From an uncultured Gammaproteobacteria bacterium (lineage in GTDB: Bacteria > Patescibacteriota > Microgenomatia > Levybacterales > UBA12049), in NCBI GenBank assembly GCA_964521295.1, contig CAZFRF010000001.1, positions 71,751 through 135,750 of the forward strand: DNA of 64,000 nucleotides, read 5' to 3'. The notes under the pieces were generated by a model, which saw nothing but the letters and a program-made list of their open reading frames with translations, had not been told where the DNA came from and searched no databases. Position numbers and translations under genes: made by a program. Shown here piece by piece: positions 19,719 through 29,348 of the stretch (position 1 is its first letter; each line of letters starts with the position of its first letter).

Positions 19719-20279
19719 ATGACTTCAGTAACAGAACTTAGATCAGGTACAATTTTTGAAGAAGACGGAAACCTCTTACAGGTTTTAGCTTATGAGCACA
19801 TAAAAATGGGTAGGGGAAGTGCAAATATTAAAGTTAAGGTTAAGAATGTCAGAACCGGTGCCACAACTGAAAAAAGTTTTATTAATGGAGCTAGAGTAAA
19901 CGTTGTTCAGGTTTTCAAAAGAGATTTGCAGTATTTATATAAAGATTCGGAAAATGCTTATCTTATGAATCCAATTGATTTTGAACAGGTTACAATCCCT
20001 CTGAAAATTATCGGAACTGATGCTGTATATCTTAAAGAAGGAGAGAGTGTAAATGTAAGCTTTTTGGGAGAAGAAGCATTGTCTTTAAATTTACCACCTA
20101 AAATGGTTTTTACAGTTATAGAAACTCCTCCAGGTGTTAAGGGAAATAGTGCTACAAATGTATTCAAAGATGCTACACTAGAAAATGGCATAACTGTTAA
20201 AGTTCCGCCATTTATTAAAGTAGGAGAAAAAGTAAAAGTAGATACTAGAACCGGAACATATACAGAAAAAGCCGCATAA
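19719..20279 (+). CDS. efp: elongation factor P
   Basis: Three-domain EF-P. The loop KMGRGSA aligns with E. coli KPGKGQA, placing Arg at the modification site. The C-terminus is GEKVKVDTRTGTY. Confidence 0.85.
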   Translation: MTSVTELRSGTIFEEDGNLLQVLAYEHIKMGRGSANIKVKVKNVRTGATTEKSFINGARVNVVQVFKRDLQYLYKDSENAYLMNPIDFEQVTIPLKIIGTDAVYLKEGESVNVSFLGEEALSLNLPPKMVFTVIETPPGVKGNSATNVFKDATLENGITVKVPPFIKVGEKVKVDTRTGTYTEKAA

Positions 20280-20280
20280 T

Positions 20281-21555
20281 ATGAGCGAAAATCTTATTCT
20301 GAAAACCCTCAAGATAAGGCCATTTTTATATTTAATAGTCTCTGAATTTTTCTCCCAGTTTTCAATGAATCTTTTTAATTTTGTACTCCTAATTATTGTT
20401 TTTTCGATTGCAAAATCTAATACTGCTGTTTCCGGAGTAGTTCTAGCTTTTACTCTACCAGCTATCTTTTTTGGCGTTCTTGCAGGTGTTTTTGTAGACA
20501 GGTGGAACAAGAAAAACGTACTGTTTTTAACTAATATTTTAAGAGCAGTATTAGTAATTATTTTAGCCGTTTATCATGATAATTTACTTTTGATTTATGC
20601 TATTACTTTTGGCGTTTCACTCATTACTCAATTTTTTATTCCTGCAGAAACACCAATTATTCCTGTGCTCGTAGAAAAGAAGTTGTTACTTTCGGCAAAC
20701 GCTTTATTCGGTATGGCTATGTATTCGTCAATCTTTTTTGCTTATGCATTGTCGGGTGCACTTTTATTTTTAGTTGGTAAAAATAACATGTTTATTCTAT
20801 TGGCAGTTTTGTTTTTAATTGCAGCATTTTTTGCATCAATTATAAAAATTAAGCAAAAATATGCTGATAGCTTAGAGAGTAGAGATGCAACTATTACGAT
20901 TACTCAGGATATAAAACAAATAGTAACTTTAATTTATAAAACTAAAAATTTATATCATGCACTTTTTTCTTTGACCCTTGCTCAGCTCTTAGTATATGTA
21001 TTAGCAGTAATAGGTCCGGGTTATGCTCAGACAGTATTAAAAATTAGAGTAGAAAATTTCCCTTTGTTTTTTATAACTCCTGCAATCATTGGCATGGCAA
21101 TTGCAACGGCTATTTTAGGAAGTATATCTCATAAATCTAGTAAATCTGCGTTAACAAAAATTGGACTAGTTCTTCTAGGAGTGGCAATTTTATTAATGCC
21201 TTATGGAAACAAAGTGGAGTCTAGGGAAATTGTTCAGTTAATTAATACTTATTTACCTCACATTTTAAGTATTAATGTATTGCACATAATGACGGTGTTG
21301 GCGTTTGTAATTGGTTTTGCTACAGCATTTGTTTTTGTTCCAGCCAATACAATTCTACAAGAAGAGAGTAGTGATGAAGCAAGAGGAAAAATTTATGGAT
21401 TTTTAAATACCTTCGTTGGCTTGGTTTCATTTCTCCCCGTACTAATGGTAGGAAGTCTTGCTGATATAATTGGAGTTAAGGCAGTAATTACGATAATTGG
21501 AATAATCGTACTTGTTGTTGCCGGGATAAGAATATTTATAACTGATAGAAAATAA
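20281..21555 (+). CDS. MFS transporter
   Basis: Twelve-TM profile and the DRWNKK motif in loop 2-3 (D-R-x-G-R-R-like). Confidence 0.65.
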   Translation: MSENLILKTLKIRPFLYLIVSEFFSQFSMNLFNFVLLIIVFSIAKSNTAVSGVVLAFTLPAIFFGVLAGVFVDRWNKKNVLFLTNILRAVLVIILAVYHDNLLLIYAITFGVSLITQFFIPAETPIIPVLVEKKLLLSANALFGMAMYSSIFFAYALSGALLFLVGKNNMFILLAVLFLIAAFFASIIKIKQKYADSLESRDATITITQDIKQIVTLIYKTKNLYHALFSLTLAQLLVYVLAVIGPGYAQTVLKIRVENFPLFFITPAIIGMAIATAILGSISHKSSKSALTKIGLVLLGVAILLMPYGNKVESREIVQLINTYLPHILSINVLHIMTVLAFVIGFATAFVFVPANTILQEESSDEARGKIYGFLNTFVGLVSFLPVLMVGSLADIIGVKAVITIIGIIVLVVAGIRIFITDRK

Positions 21556-21556
21556 T

Positions 21557-22237
21557 ATGTTGATAATTTTAACAATTTCTTTTTTAATTTTTTTATATAA
21601 TTTATATTATTTTTCTAAAGAAGATTTTTTAATTGTTAGAAAGGGAATTAGTTTAGAGAAAATTTTAAATGCTGCATTTATTACAAGTTTTATTGCTTTA
21701 TTCTTTGCTAGATTTTTCCATGTATTATTTAATCCAAAACCATACTTTTTAAATATTGTTGGTTTTATAGATTTTCCTTATCTTCCAGGACTTTCTGTTT
21801 TGGGAGGAATGATCTCTGCACTTGTCTTCTTAGCAATTTATTGTCGGCATAAAAAATATCCTATTGGTAAATTTTTAGATTTATTTACTCTGTCGTTTAT
21901 TGCCGTTATGCCAATTGGATTTTTAATGAATTTTATTTTTTCTTTTGCTAAAACAGATTATATTTTTAATCTATTATTTATTTTTGTTATTATTCTTTCT
22001 TTGATTTTTATAAAAATTGTTTATAAGCTTACGGAAAAAGGGGAGATAAAGGATGGAAGCTTCTCTTTAATTTATTTAGCAATTTTTTCATTAATTTATT
22101 TTTTAATAAAATTATTTGTAGATATTAAAAATTTTTCCTTTAACATTGAAAATATTACTTTATTTTTTACTATTTTTGCCTCTCTTATTCTTTTGGTAAA
22201 TCATGAAATAATGAATAAGATTTTAGATAAAAAATGA
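21557..22237 (+). CDS. polytopic membrane protein (weak Lgt-like N-terminal resemblance)
   Basis: Highly hydrophobic. ARFFHVLFNPKPYF...GLSVLGGMISALVF resembles the N-terminal part of prolipoprotein diacylglyceryl transferase, but the C-terminal signature is lacking. Confidence 0.35.
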   Translation: MLIILTISFLIFLYNLYYFSKEDFLIVRKGISLEKILNAAFITSFIALFFARFFHVLFNPKPYFLNIVGFIDFPYLPGLSVLGGMISALVFLAIYCRHKKYPIGKFLDLFTLSFIAVMPIGFLMNFIFSFAKTDYIFNLLFIFVIILSLIFIKIVYKLTEKGEIKDGSFSLIYLAIFSLIYFLIKLFVDIKNFSFNIENITLFFTIFASLILLVNHEIMNKILDKK

Positions 22238-22944
22238 ACACCATAAAAATTATTTATGAAGACAATAATCTCATTGTCTTAGATAAACCAGCAGGTATAA
22301 CAGTTAATAAGTCTGATACAACCAAGGATGAAAGAACTGTTCAGGATTTTGTTGCTGAAGTTAACCCTCTAGAAGCAACAGAAGATAAAACTTCAGATTT
22401 TTTCCTGCGAAATGGAATCGTTCATCGAATCGATAAAGAAACCTCAGGAATTTTACTAGTTTCTAAGAATAAAGAGGCATTTGAAAACTTACAACTCCAA
22501 TTTAAAGAAAGAAGAGTTCATAAAACCTATATCGCTCTTTCTCATGGTAAGGTTGTTTCTGATAGTGGAGAAATTATTGTGCCCGTAGGAAGGCTGCCTT
22601 GGAATAGGAAAAGATTTGGTGTATTAGCGGGAGGAAAAGATGCAATTACAAGCTACAAAGTAATTGAAAGATTTGAGAAACCATTTACTCTTTTAGAATT
22701 AAATCCAAAAACCGGTAGAACGCATCAGATAAGGGTGCATCTTAAATATTTTAACCATCCTATTTTTGGAGATTATCTTTATGCTGGCAGAAAAACATCA
22801 AGAGATGATAGGAAGATTTTGGAAAGAGTATTTTTACATGCATATAAAATTTCTTTTGAAAATCCGCAAAGTGGGGAAGTAATGAATTTTGAAAGCCCTC
22901 TACCTTTTGAGCTAGAGCAAACATTGAATTACGTCAGAGATTGA
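22234..22944 (+). CDS. RluA-family pseudouridine synthase
   Basis: HRIDKETSGILLVSKN (catalytic Asp motif) and the downstream RluA core. No N-terminal S4 domain. Confidence 0.85.
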   Translation: MNTIKIIYEDNNLIVLDKPAGITVNKSDTTKDERTVQDFVAEVNPLEATEDKTSDFFLRNGIVHRIDKETSGILLVSKNKEAFENLQLQFKERRVHKTYIALSHGKVVSDSGEIIVPVGRLPWNRKRFGVLAGGKDAITSYKVIERFEKPFTLLELNPKTGRTHQIRVHLKYFNHPIFGDYLYAGRKTSRDDRKILERVFLHAYKISFENPQSGEVMNFESPLPFELEQTLNYVRD

Positions 22945-22993
22945 CATTAAATTAAAAAATTGAGATCCTATATTAACAGGAGGTGAAATAATT

Positions 22994-23128
22994 ATGGGAA
23001 GTTTCGGCGGTTTTTATAAAGGGGAAAAGAAAAAATCTAAAAAAGACGGTAAGGCAAAAACAGGTGGTGCAAATGCCCCGGTTTTTGTAATGCCAGAGCT
23101 TATCTCCAAAAAAAAGAAAGACTATTAA
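22994..23128 (+). CDS. small Lys-rich protein (44 aa), not in ORF track
   Basis: Perfect Shine-Dalgarno AGGAGGTGA 8 nt upstream of the ATG. Translation: MGSFGGFYKGEKKKSKKDGKAKTGGANAPVFVMPELISKKKKDY. Confidence 0.4.
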   Translation: MGSFGGFYKGEKKKSKKDGKAKTGGANAPVFVMPELISKKKKDY

Positions 23129-23138
23129 TTTAAATTCA

Positions 23139-23927
23139 ATGAACCACAAAAAAGCAGAGTCAAGTAATTTGAAGCTTGCAGTTATTTTTATTACTGTTGT
23201 TGTTTTTTTTATTTTGTTTTCTGTAGTATTGAAATTTGCTTTTTTAGTTAAGGAAAGTAAATTTGACGGTAATAATAAATTTAATGTTCAAATCATTGAT
23301 TCGCAAAAAACAGAAATAATCTCTTTTTCTCCAAGTGATAATTCAATTTCAATTTTAAAGATTGGACGACGTATTAATGGAGATTTAAGTCGCAACCTAC
23401 AGGTGCCAATTGATGGTATCGTAGTTTACGAAAAAAACTTTAATGATTCAAAGATTACTTCCTCTCTGATTGCTGGCTTATTAAATAATAAAATTTATAA
23501 AATGACATCATTTGATTTGGCTCGACTTGCCTTGTTTTCGAGACGTGTTCAGAAGAGCTCTACTTATACCCGTAATTATGTAGAAAATTATTCTCCAACT
23601 CAAAAATTTAACATTTTATATTTAACTTTTAAAGACCCATTGATCTTTACGGAAAATCAGAGTATTGAAATTATTAATGCAACAGATGAGTATGGGTTAG
23701 GGAATAGGCTGGCAACATTTATCTCTGCAATGGGTGGAAATGTAATCTTTGTTAAAGGGGACGAGGTTCAAGAAAAGTCACAGATTACTTATAATGATAA
23801 GGAATCTTACACTGTTAAGAGAATTAAATCTGTAATTAACTTCCCAGCAGTAAAAACTGAGGAAAGAGGAGTAGCAGATGTTATAATTGTAATAGGTAAA
23901 GATGCTTTAAAGAAATTAAATTTTTAA
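23139..23927 (+). CDS. membrane-anchored hypothetical protein
   Basis: N-terminal transmembrane segment (LAVIFITVVVFFILFSVVL) and a soluble domain of unknown family. Confidence 0.45.
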   Translation: MNHKKAESSNLKLAVIFITVVVFFILFSVVLKFAFLVKESKFDGNNKFNVQIIDSQKTEIISFSPSDNSISILKIGRRINGDLSRNLQVPIDGIVVYEKNFNDSKITSSLIAGLLNNKIYKMTSFDLARLALFSRRVQKSSTYTRNYVENYSPTQKFNILYLTFKDPLIFTENQSIEIINATDEYGLGNRLATFISAMGGNVIFVKGDEVQEKSQITYNDKESYTVKRIKSVINFPAVKTEERGVADVIIVIGKDALKKLNF

Positions 23928-24059
23928 TATGTTTTTTGTAGCAATAATTATTATTTTTATAATCTCTTTTTTATTAGCCCTAAGATCACTTAAGGGATTA
24001 AATGAAAAACCTAAAATGGGTTATGTAAAAAAGAGTTTAGATAAACATAGGGTTATTTA

Positions 24060-24740
24060 TCAGTCTTCAGAATAGGAGTCATCATCGTCGTCTTTTTCAT
24101 TTAGTTTTCTTGCTTCTTTACTAACAGTTAAAGAAGATTCGCTATTAGATAAAAAGGAGGGGTTTTCTTTAAAGCGGGAGGTTTTCTTAATTTCTTTAAT
24201 GAAAATACTAACCTTATGCGTTGATGACGACTTAACGAAAGCATCATATGTGCAGCCACCATTCATAAATTTAATTAACCTTTTTGCTATATCATCAGGT
24301 AATACTCCAATATATTGAGTTTGATCTTCAACAAATATTTTCGAGCGTTTTATAACTAGAGTTAATCCTTTTCCAGTTCTTAAGCCTTCGATGATTTTGG
24401 GTTGGGCTGTATTAATAAGTTCAATGACCTTGGTTTTACCAGGTTCTTCTAAGAAACTATTGTTTATTCTGTATTCCGTAGGATCTGTTTCTTTAATATT
24501 TTTTTCTTTAAGTTTTTTTAAATTTCTTAAGGCAATTGAATTAAGTGGGTCGATATCAACTACCTTTTGGTATGCGGATTTTGCTTCTTTTAATTTACCA
24601 ACTATGGTGTAGGCGAGTGCTAGTCTATTGAGGGCGTCGATGTCTTGAGGATTTTCCTTAACTAAGTCTTTGTTTAAGCTAATTGCTTCTGTCCAATTTC
24701 CTTCTAATGCAGTTTGTATTGCTTGATTTTTAAGTGTCAT
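24060..24740 (-). CDS. TPR-repeat protein with C-terminal acidic tail
   Basis: TPR-like helical repeats (ALNRLALAYTIVGKLKEAKSAYQKVVDIDPLNSIAL) and a DDDDDSYSED tail. Confidence 0.55.
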   Translation of the reverse strand: MTLKNQAIQTALEGNWTEAISLNKDLVKENPQDIDALNRLALAYTIVGKLKEAKSAYQKVVDIDPLNSIALRNLKKLKEKNIKETDPTEYRINNSFLEEPGKTKVIELINTAQPKIIEGLRTGKGLTLVIKRSKIFVEDQTQYIGVLPDDIAKRLIKFMNGGCTYDAFVKSSSTHKVSIFIKEIKKTSRFKENPSFLSNSESSLTVSKEARKLNEKDDDDDSYSED

Positions 24741-24819
24741 TTTTAAGTCCGATTAATGAGAAATTTTAACTTAAATTTATTGCAAAAGTCAATAGAGAAA
24801 AGGTATAATATGTAGGTTT

Positions 24820-25542
24820 ATGAGTGGTCATTCGAAGTGGGCAACCATTAAAAGACAAAAAGGGTTAAATGATAAAAAAAGAGGAGCTACTTTTACAAAG
24901 CTTTCAAATGCAATAACAATTGCAGTTAAGCAAGGTGGGGGAATTGGTGATCCTGATCAAAACTTCAGATTAAGGCTTGCAGTTGATGCAGCTAGGGCTT
25001 CAAACATGCCTAAGGAAAATATTGAGAGAGCAATTAAAAGAGCTCAAGGTAAAGATATGGGAGAGATTTCCGAAGTTATTTATGAAGGGTTTGCTCCTGG
25101 CGGCGTTTCGGTTATGATTGAAGCAGCGACTGACAATTCAGCTCGAACAACCTCTGAAGTTAAAAATATTTTCTCAAAACACGCTGGATCATTTGGTCAA
25201 CCTGGTTCTGTTGCTTATCAATTTAAGCAGATTGGAAGAATTACTGTTGCTAAAAATGGAAAGAGTTTCGATGATATTTTTGCAATCGCATTAGACGCTG
25301 GAGCAGAGGACATTAAAGACATAGTAGACGAAGTATATGTTGATACATTAGTTGCTGATTTATCTAAGGTAAAAATAGCTTTAGAACAAGCTGGATTAAC
25401 AATTCTTGCCGCAGAGCTTGTTAGAGAACCAGTAGTTGGTATGGAGGTTAACGATGATGAGACTTTGGCTAAAGTTGATTCATTCGTAACGTTACTTGAG
25501 GAATTAGACGACGTTCAAAAAGTTTATACAAATTTAGCTTAA
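24820..25542 (+). CDS. yebC: YebC/PmpR-family transcriptional regulatory protein
   Basis: MSGHSKWATIKRQKG N-terminus and the conserved three-domain YebC sequence throughout. Confidence 0.9.
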   Translation: MSGHSKWATIKRQKGLNDKKRGATFTKLSNAITIAVKQGGGIGDPDQNFRLRLAVDAARASNMPKENIERAIKRAQGKDMGEISEVIYEGFAPGGVSVMIEAATDNSARTTSEVKNIFSKHAGSFGQPGSVAYQFKQIGRITVAKNGKSFDDIFAIALDAGAEDIKDIVDEVYVDTLVADLSKVKIALEQAGLTILAAELVREPVVGMEVNDDETLAKVDSFVTLLEELDDVQKVYTNLA

Positions 25543-25545
25543 TTT

Positions 25546-26391
25546 ATGATTTTTCCCAAAAAACTTCCAGGAAAGCAGTTAATAAAAACTAAGCCTAAAA
25601 TTATTAACACCTTACTTAAATTTATTACTAACAAGAGACAAAAGTTTATTCTTTCAGTTGCCATTCTCTCCGTCGGACTTTTTATTGCAGAATACGTATT
25701 AGGGAAGTCAGGTATCATAATGGTAATATCTCTTGCTTTCTTAACATCTTTATTTTTATATCTATCTCTAAGGCAGGATTTTAAAGAAGGATTTACGCCT
25801 CAGGTTTTAATCTTACCTTTTTTCTATAGCTTAGCGATCGGACTTTTCTATTTACTTGTTCCTGCAAGGCTTTTAACTAGGGTAGGAATGACCTTTTTAT
25901 ATTCTTTGGGACTTTACTCATTGTTTTTATCAGAAAACATTTTTGCGGTTTCTACGATTCGTACGATTCAACTATTATCAGGCGCAAGAACTGTCACTTT
26001 GGTAATAACGCTTCTTTCTTACTTTTTTTTGTCTAACGTAGTTTTCTCTTTTCACATAAATATTTTCATAACATTACTTCTGGTTTTCATCTATACCTTT
26101 GCAATTGTTTTGCAATCGGTCTGGTCATATACTCTTGAGAAGAAGTTTTTTTCAGAAGTCTTTTGGGTTTTAACATTATCAATTTGCTTAGTCGAGGTGG
26201 CAGCATTTTTATGGTTTTATTTAGCAAGCCCAACGGTTATAGCTCTTTTCTTAACCTCCATTTTTTATGTTGTCTTGGGCCTAACACATGTTTGGTTTGA
26301 GAAGAGACTCTTTAGGGGAGTAATAATTGAATATTTCTGGGTTACAGTAATTTCTTTCCTCTTTTTGATTTTTTTCTCAGGATTGATCTAG
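25546..26391 (+). CDS. polytopic membrane hypothetical protein
   Basis: About 8 hydrophobic segments. No motif. Confidence 0.45.
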   Translation: MIFPKKLPGKQLIKTKPKIINTLLKFITNKRQKFILSVAILSVGLFIAEYVLGKSGIIMVISLAFLTSLFLYLSLRQDFKEGFTPQVLILPFFYSLAIGLFYLLVPARLLTRVGMTFLYSLGLYSLFLSENIFAVSTIRTIQLLSGARTVTLVITLLSYFFLSNVVFSFHINIFITLLLVFIYTFAIVLQSVWSYTLEKKFFSEVFWVLTLSICLVEVAAFLWFYLASPTVIALFLTSIFYVVLGLTHVWFEKRLFRGVIIEYFWVTVISFLFLIFFSGLI

Positions 26392-26430
26392 CTTCTTGAA
26401 GTATTAAACCCTATAGTATATAATACCACA

Positions 26431-27096
26431 ATGCGTGAGAATGTTGTAAATAGTTTTTTTGCAGTAGAACCTCAAGTACATCCTAAATCTCTAGCTTTGG
26501 TTGGAAGAAGCGTTGCAGCGGGTTTAGAGTTAGGTGAATATAGGTACCTTAGAGGAGGAAGGCTACGAATTGTAAAGAAAATAGCTCAAACTTTAGTCTT
26601 TAATTCAGCTTTACTTGATATTGAAATACCACCTGTGGGTCATGACATGGGATATGTATATGACGGCTTGGGTAATCGTGAGGATCATTACGCCCATCTT
26701 GGATCTATTGATGGAAAAGCAGGAATAATATTTTCCGATTTGTATCTTAGAGCTTTAATTACTCCCGATAGATATGGTAGAGATATGGATTGGAGAGGGG
26801 AAACTATTCAAAGTGTAACTGCACATGAATGCTTTCATATTAAACAACTATTCGATTTTCCTTGGAAGCTGAAGCAAGATGCAGCAAAACACTCAATATC
26901 ATCTGAACTCTGGGAAACAACAAGAACAGAAATAGGGGCACAAAGGTATGCATGTGTATATGAAGCTGAGAGAACTCGATTAGCAAGAGAAAGAAATACA
27001 CGTCTGTTTTTAGAGAATATGGGTATTGATCCTACAGGAATTATTGATCAGAGCGATCAAGTAGCTGCAGTAGCCTCATTAGTAGTAAAAAAATAG
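26431..27096 (+). CDS. hypothetical protein with HExxH motif (possible member of the HExxH ORFan family)
   Basis: TAHECFHIKQ. It weakly shares GRSV... with the 46424 paralog. TATAAT lies 6 nt upstream of the ATG. Confidence 0.45.
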   Translation: MRENVVNSFFAVEPQVHPKSLALVGRSVAAGLELGEYRYLRGGRLRIVKKIAQTLVFNSALLDIEIPPVGHDMGYVYDGLGNREDHYAHLGSIDGKAGIIFSDLYLRALITPDRYGRDMDWRGETIQSVTAHECFHIKQLFDFPWKLKQDAAKHSISSELWETTRTEIGAQRYACVYEAERTRLARERNTRLFLENMGIDPTGIIDQSDQVAAVASLVVKK

Positions 27097-27101
27097 CCTC
27101 A

Positions 27102-27114
27102 TTTAGCCTCAAAA
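27102..27114 (+). repeat. dispersed repeat copy TTTAGCCTCAAAA
   Basis: The same 13-mer, with extension, recurs at 27433, 55078 and 55202, and in inverted orientation at 27865. Confidence 0.5.
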
Positions 27115-27432
27115 TATTACACTAATCATGGCTAGGGAAGAGAAGTGAGGGTAGTTAAGGTCGGGAATTGAGTGATATAGTTTGATACAGATGATACAGT
27201 TTGATATAGTATTTAAATTTACCCCATAATAATTATAGGACTAAAATGTGGATATCTTGCATCTATTTTCACAGGATTTTTGAAGCTAAGCCTCGACTTT
27301 TCACGACATAGGTAGCCTCAGGCTAGGCTACTTCACATATGATCCAAGGCTAAACACTCAGTAATACGAAAAAAACTCGAACGCTTATTTAGTATAGAGC
27401 ACCCCAATAAGGGATGTGCTAATCTATTGATA

Positions 27433-27446
27433 TTTAGCCTCAAAAA
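27433..27446 (+). repeat. dispersed repeat copy TTTAGCCTCAAAAATGAACGA
   Basis: About 20 of 23 positions are identical to the copy at 55078 (TTTAGCCTCAAAAGTCAACGA). Confidence 0.5.
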
Positions 27447-27864
27447 TGAACGATTAGATTGATTTAACAATCTAAATTTCAACATGGTTTAATATCCCCG
27501 GGGAGAGACATATAAGTGTTCGGGAAAATTAAAAATAATTTGTCCTAGGTCACTACAGAGGAAGAGCTTGTGCATTGTTATAAGAGAAGAAAGAGTTAAT
27601 TATCTCCCTTAGTGAGTCATTAGCAATTTTTTGATCTATATAACCCCAAGGAAAGAGAAATTGATTATGTCGCACAATAATACTTTTACGACGTCACTCG
27701 TGGCTAAAACCCGGGAGAAGTGGTCTTTTTCCCAATGGTTTTCTACGAATATTTTTGTAAATCTTTACATTCTGTATCGTCTCTTTATATTTATTCCTCT
27801 ATTTTTCCCCAGGTCTATAATTCATATATGTCCCCTACTATAGGTTTGATATTTTTAATAAAAA

Positions 27865-27875
27865 TGAGGCTAAAT
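27865..27875 (-). repeat. inverted copy of the TTTAGCCTCA repeat
   Basis: TGAGGCTAAAT is the reverse complement of ATTTAGCCTCA. Together with the 27102 copy it brackets the 27.1-27.9 kb noncoding block. Confidence 0.4.
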
Positions 27876-27926
27876 GAAGCTAATAATTAACAACTATTGT
27901 CATTCTCCAGCCTTGGAGCAGGAGTT

Positions 27927-28799
27927 TTAAGCTTCTTTTTGCTTTAAAGCTGCTCCTACCATGGATCCGATATGGTATCCAGCTAGATCTGCAGCTTGAT
28001 GAGGCTCACCAGCTTTTTTCATTAATTTATATCTTAAAAGATCAGTTATTCTTGCCATATTGGTATAAATATGTCTATAAGCAGGATTAAATAATACATC
28101 TTTTAATCTATCTTTTTCATTTGAAAGTAATCCAGGAATAAACGTGCCCCAAAAATGGTAAGTATCCGCGGCGGGATCTGGATATATACCGGAAATAGGT
28201 TCGAATGTGCTTACGCAATCTCTCCATTTTTTAATTTCTTCCGTGGAGTAAGCTAAGCGTTCATCAAGAGTTGTGTCACTATCTCTAGCAATAGATCTTG
28301 CGCCTCCATGAGCGATTACAGCAGCTCCTAGGACGCTACCTTGACCTAAATCAAGACCAATTTGGAATTGTTCAGGAATGGTAACTTGTCGGTTGTTTGT
28401 ATCAGCTAGTTCAATAACTCTATCTACAAATCTTCTTGATGTATCTGTTGGAAAGTTATCATAGGGTATAAAGCCCGAATGCATATCTGTGAAGGCGCTC
28501 ATAAGCGCTAAATGATATCCCTGACTAAATCGATTAGTAGACCATGGTAAGTATCTAATATCTGGTGTTTGTGAGCCTAGCGCTTGCTGTACCAAGTCAA
28601 CTTCTAATAAGTCTAAAGTCGGATTTGGATGGCTTCGAGGACTAACATATGGTGTTTCTAGGGCTTGGTACGACTCAAAGAATATTCTATTAACGGTCAA
28701 ATCAGGGTCAGCTCCCAATATTCCAGATTTTCCTGCAGTAAATACAGTTTTTAATTTTGTACGAAAAGATTCTGGGTTTCTAGGTTTAAGTCTTTCCAT
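27927..28799 (-). CDS. hypothetical protein (ORFan, Arg/Asp/Gly-rich)
   Basis: 290-aa ORF starting MERLKPRN. Confidence 0.45.
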   Translation of the reverse strand: MERLKPRNPESFRTKLKTVFTAGKSGILGADPDLTVNRIFFESYQALETPYVSPRSHPNPTLDLLEVDLVQQALGSQTPDIRYLPWSTNRFSQGYHLALMSAFTDMHSGFIPYDNFPTDTSRRFVDRVIELADTNNRQVTIPEQFQIGLDLGQGSVLGAAVIAHGGARSIARDSDTTLDERLAYSTEEIKKWRDCVSTFEPISGIYPDPAADTYHFWGTFIPGLLSNEKDRLKDVLFNPAYRHIYTNMARITDLLRYKLMKKAGEPHQAADLAGYHIGSMVGAALKQKEA

Positions 28800-28813
28800 A
28801 TTGGTGAATAGAA

Positions 28814-29269
28814 TTAATAGTCTGCAGCTGTAAAGCTATTATGTTGTCCCGCGAACACGTAGCACATAACATCTTTTAACTGTTGCTTAGGAGTTTCTCC
28901 CCAAGGCAAATCTAAGTATTGTTTTGCCTGTGCGCAAGAAAATGCTGCAGTTTGTTCTCCATGGCCTGCATCAAAAACGATTGCTGGCTCTATCATTGTA
29001 TCTTTAGGCAGAATACCTGCTGTTGTTACATTGGTTGGACCATCGCCCACAAAACCAACAACAACCGGTACGTCTCTATTGGTCATAATTAAAGTATAGC
29101 CTCTACCATCTTTGGTTTCACCAGTTTTAAGCTCTTGGTTTAGAGTTGTTTGTCCTGGAAAATTTCCTCCACATGCAAGTAAGGCTGTAGCCGCACAAGC
29201 GGCTAAGGCTGGTTTTTCAAGTCTTTTAGTGGCATTAGATACTGATTCAATTATTCTAGGTCTTTCCAT
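28814..29269 (-). CDS. hypothetical protein (ORFan; possible lipoprotein-like N-terminus)
   Basis: 151-aa ORF starting MERPRIIE. The hydrophobic stretch ALAACAATALLACGG may be a lipobox-like segment. Confidence 0.45.
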   Translation of the reverse strand: MERPRIIESVSNATKRLEKPALAACAATALLACGGNFPGQTTLNQELKTGETKDGRGYTLIMTNRDVPVVVGFVGDGPTNVTTAGILPKDTMIEPAIVFDAGHGEQTAAFSCAQAKQYLDLPWGETPKQQLKDVMCYVFAGQHNSFTAADY

Positions 29270-29348
29270 AACAGTAATTATATGCTAACTATAGGTTATA
29301 TGTCAAGTAACTTGACAGCGTACTTCTCCATGTCGCATAATAAAATAG

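Noticed and set aside
27631-27843. 70-aa ORF inside the 27.1-27.9 kb noncoding block
   Set aside because: Low-complexity and hydrophobic translation, no upstream signal, and it lies inside the repeat-bounded region. It is most likely a chance ORF in AT-rich DNA.
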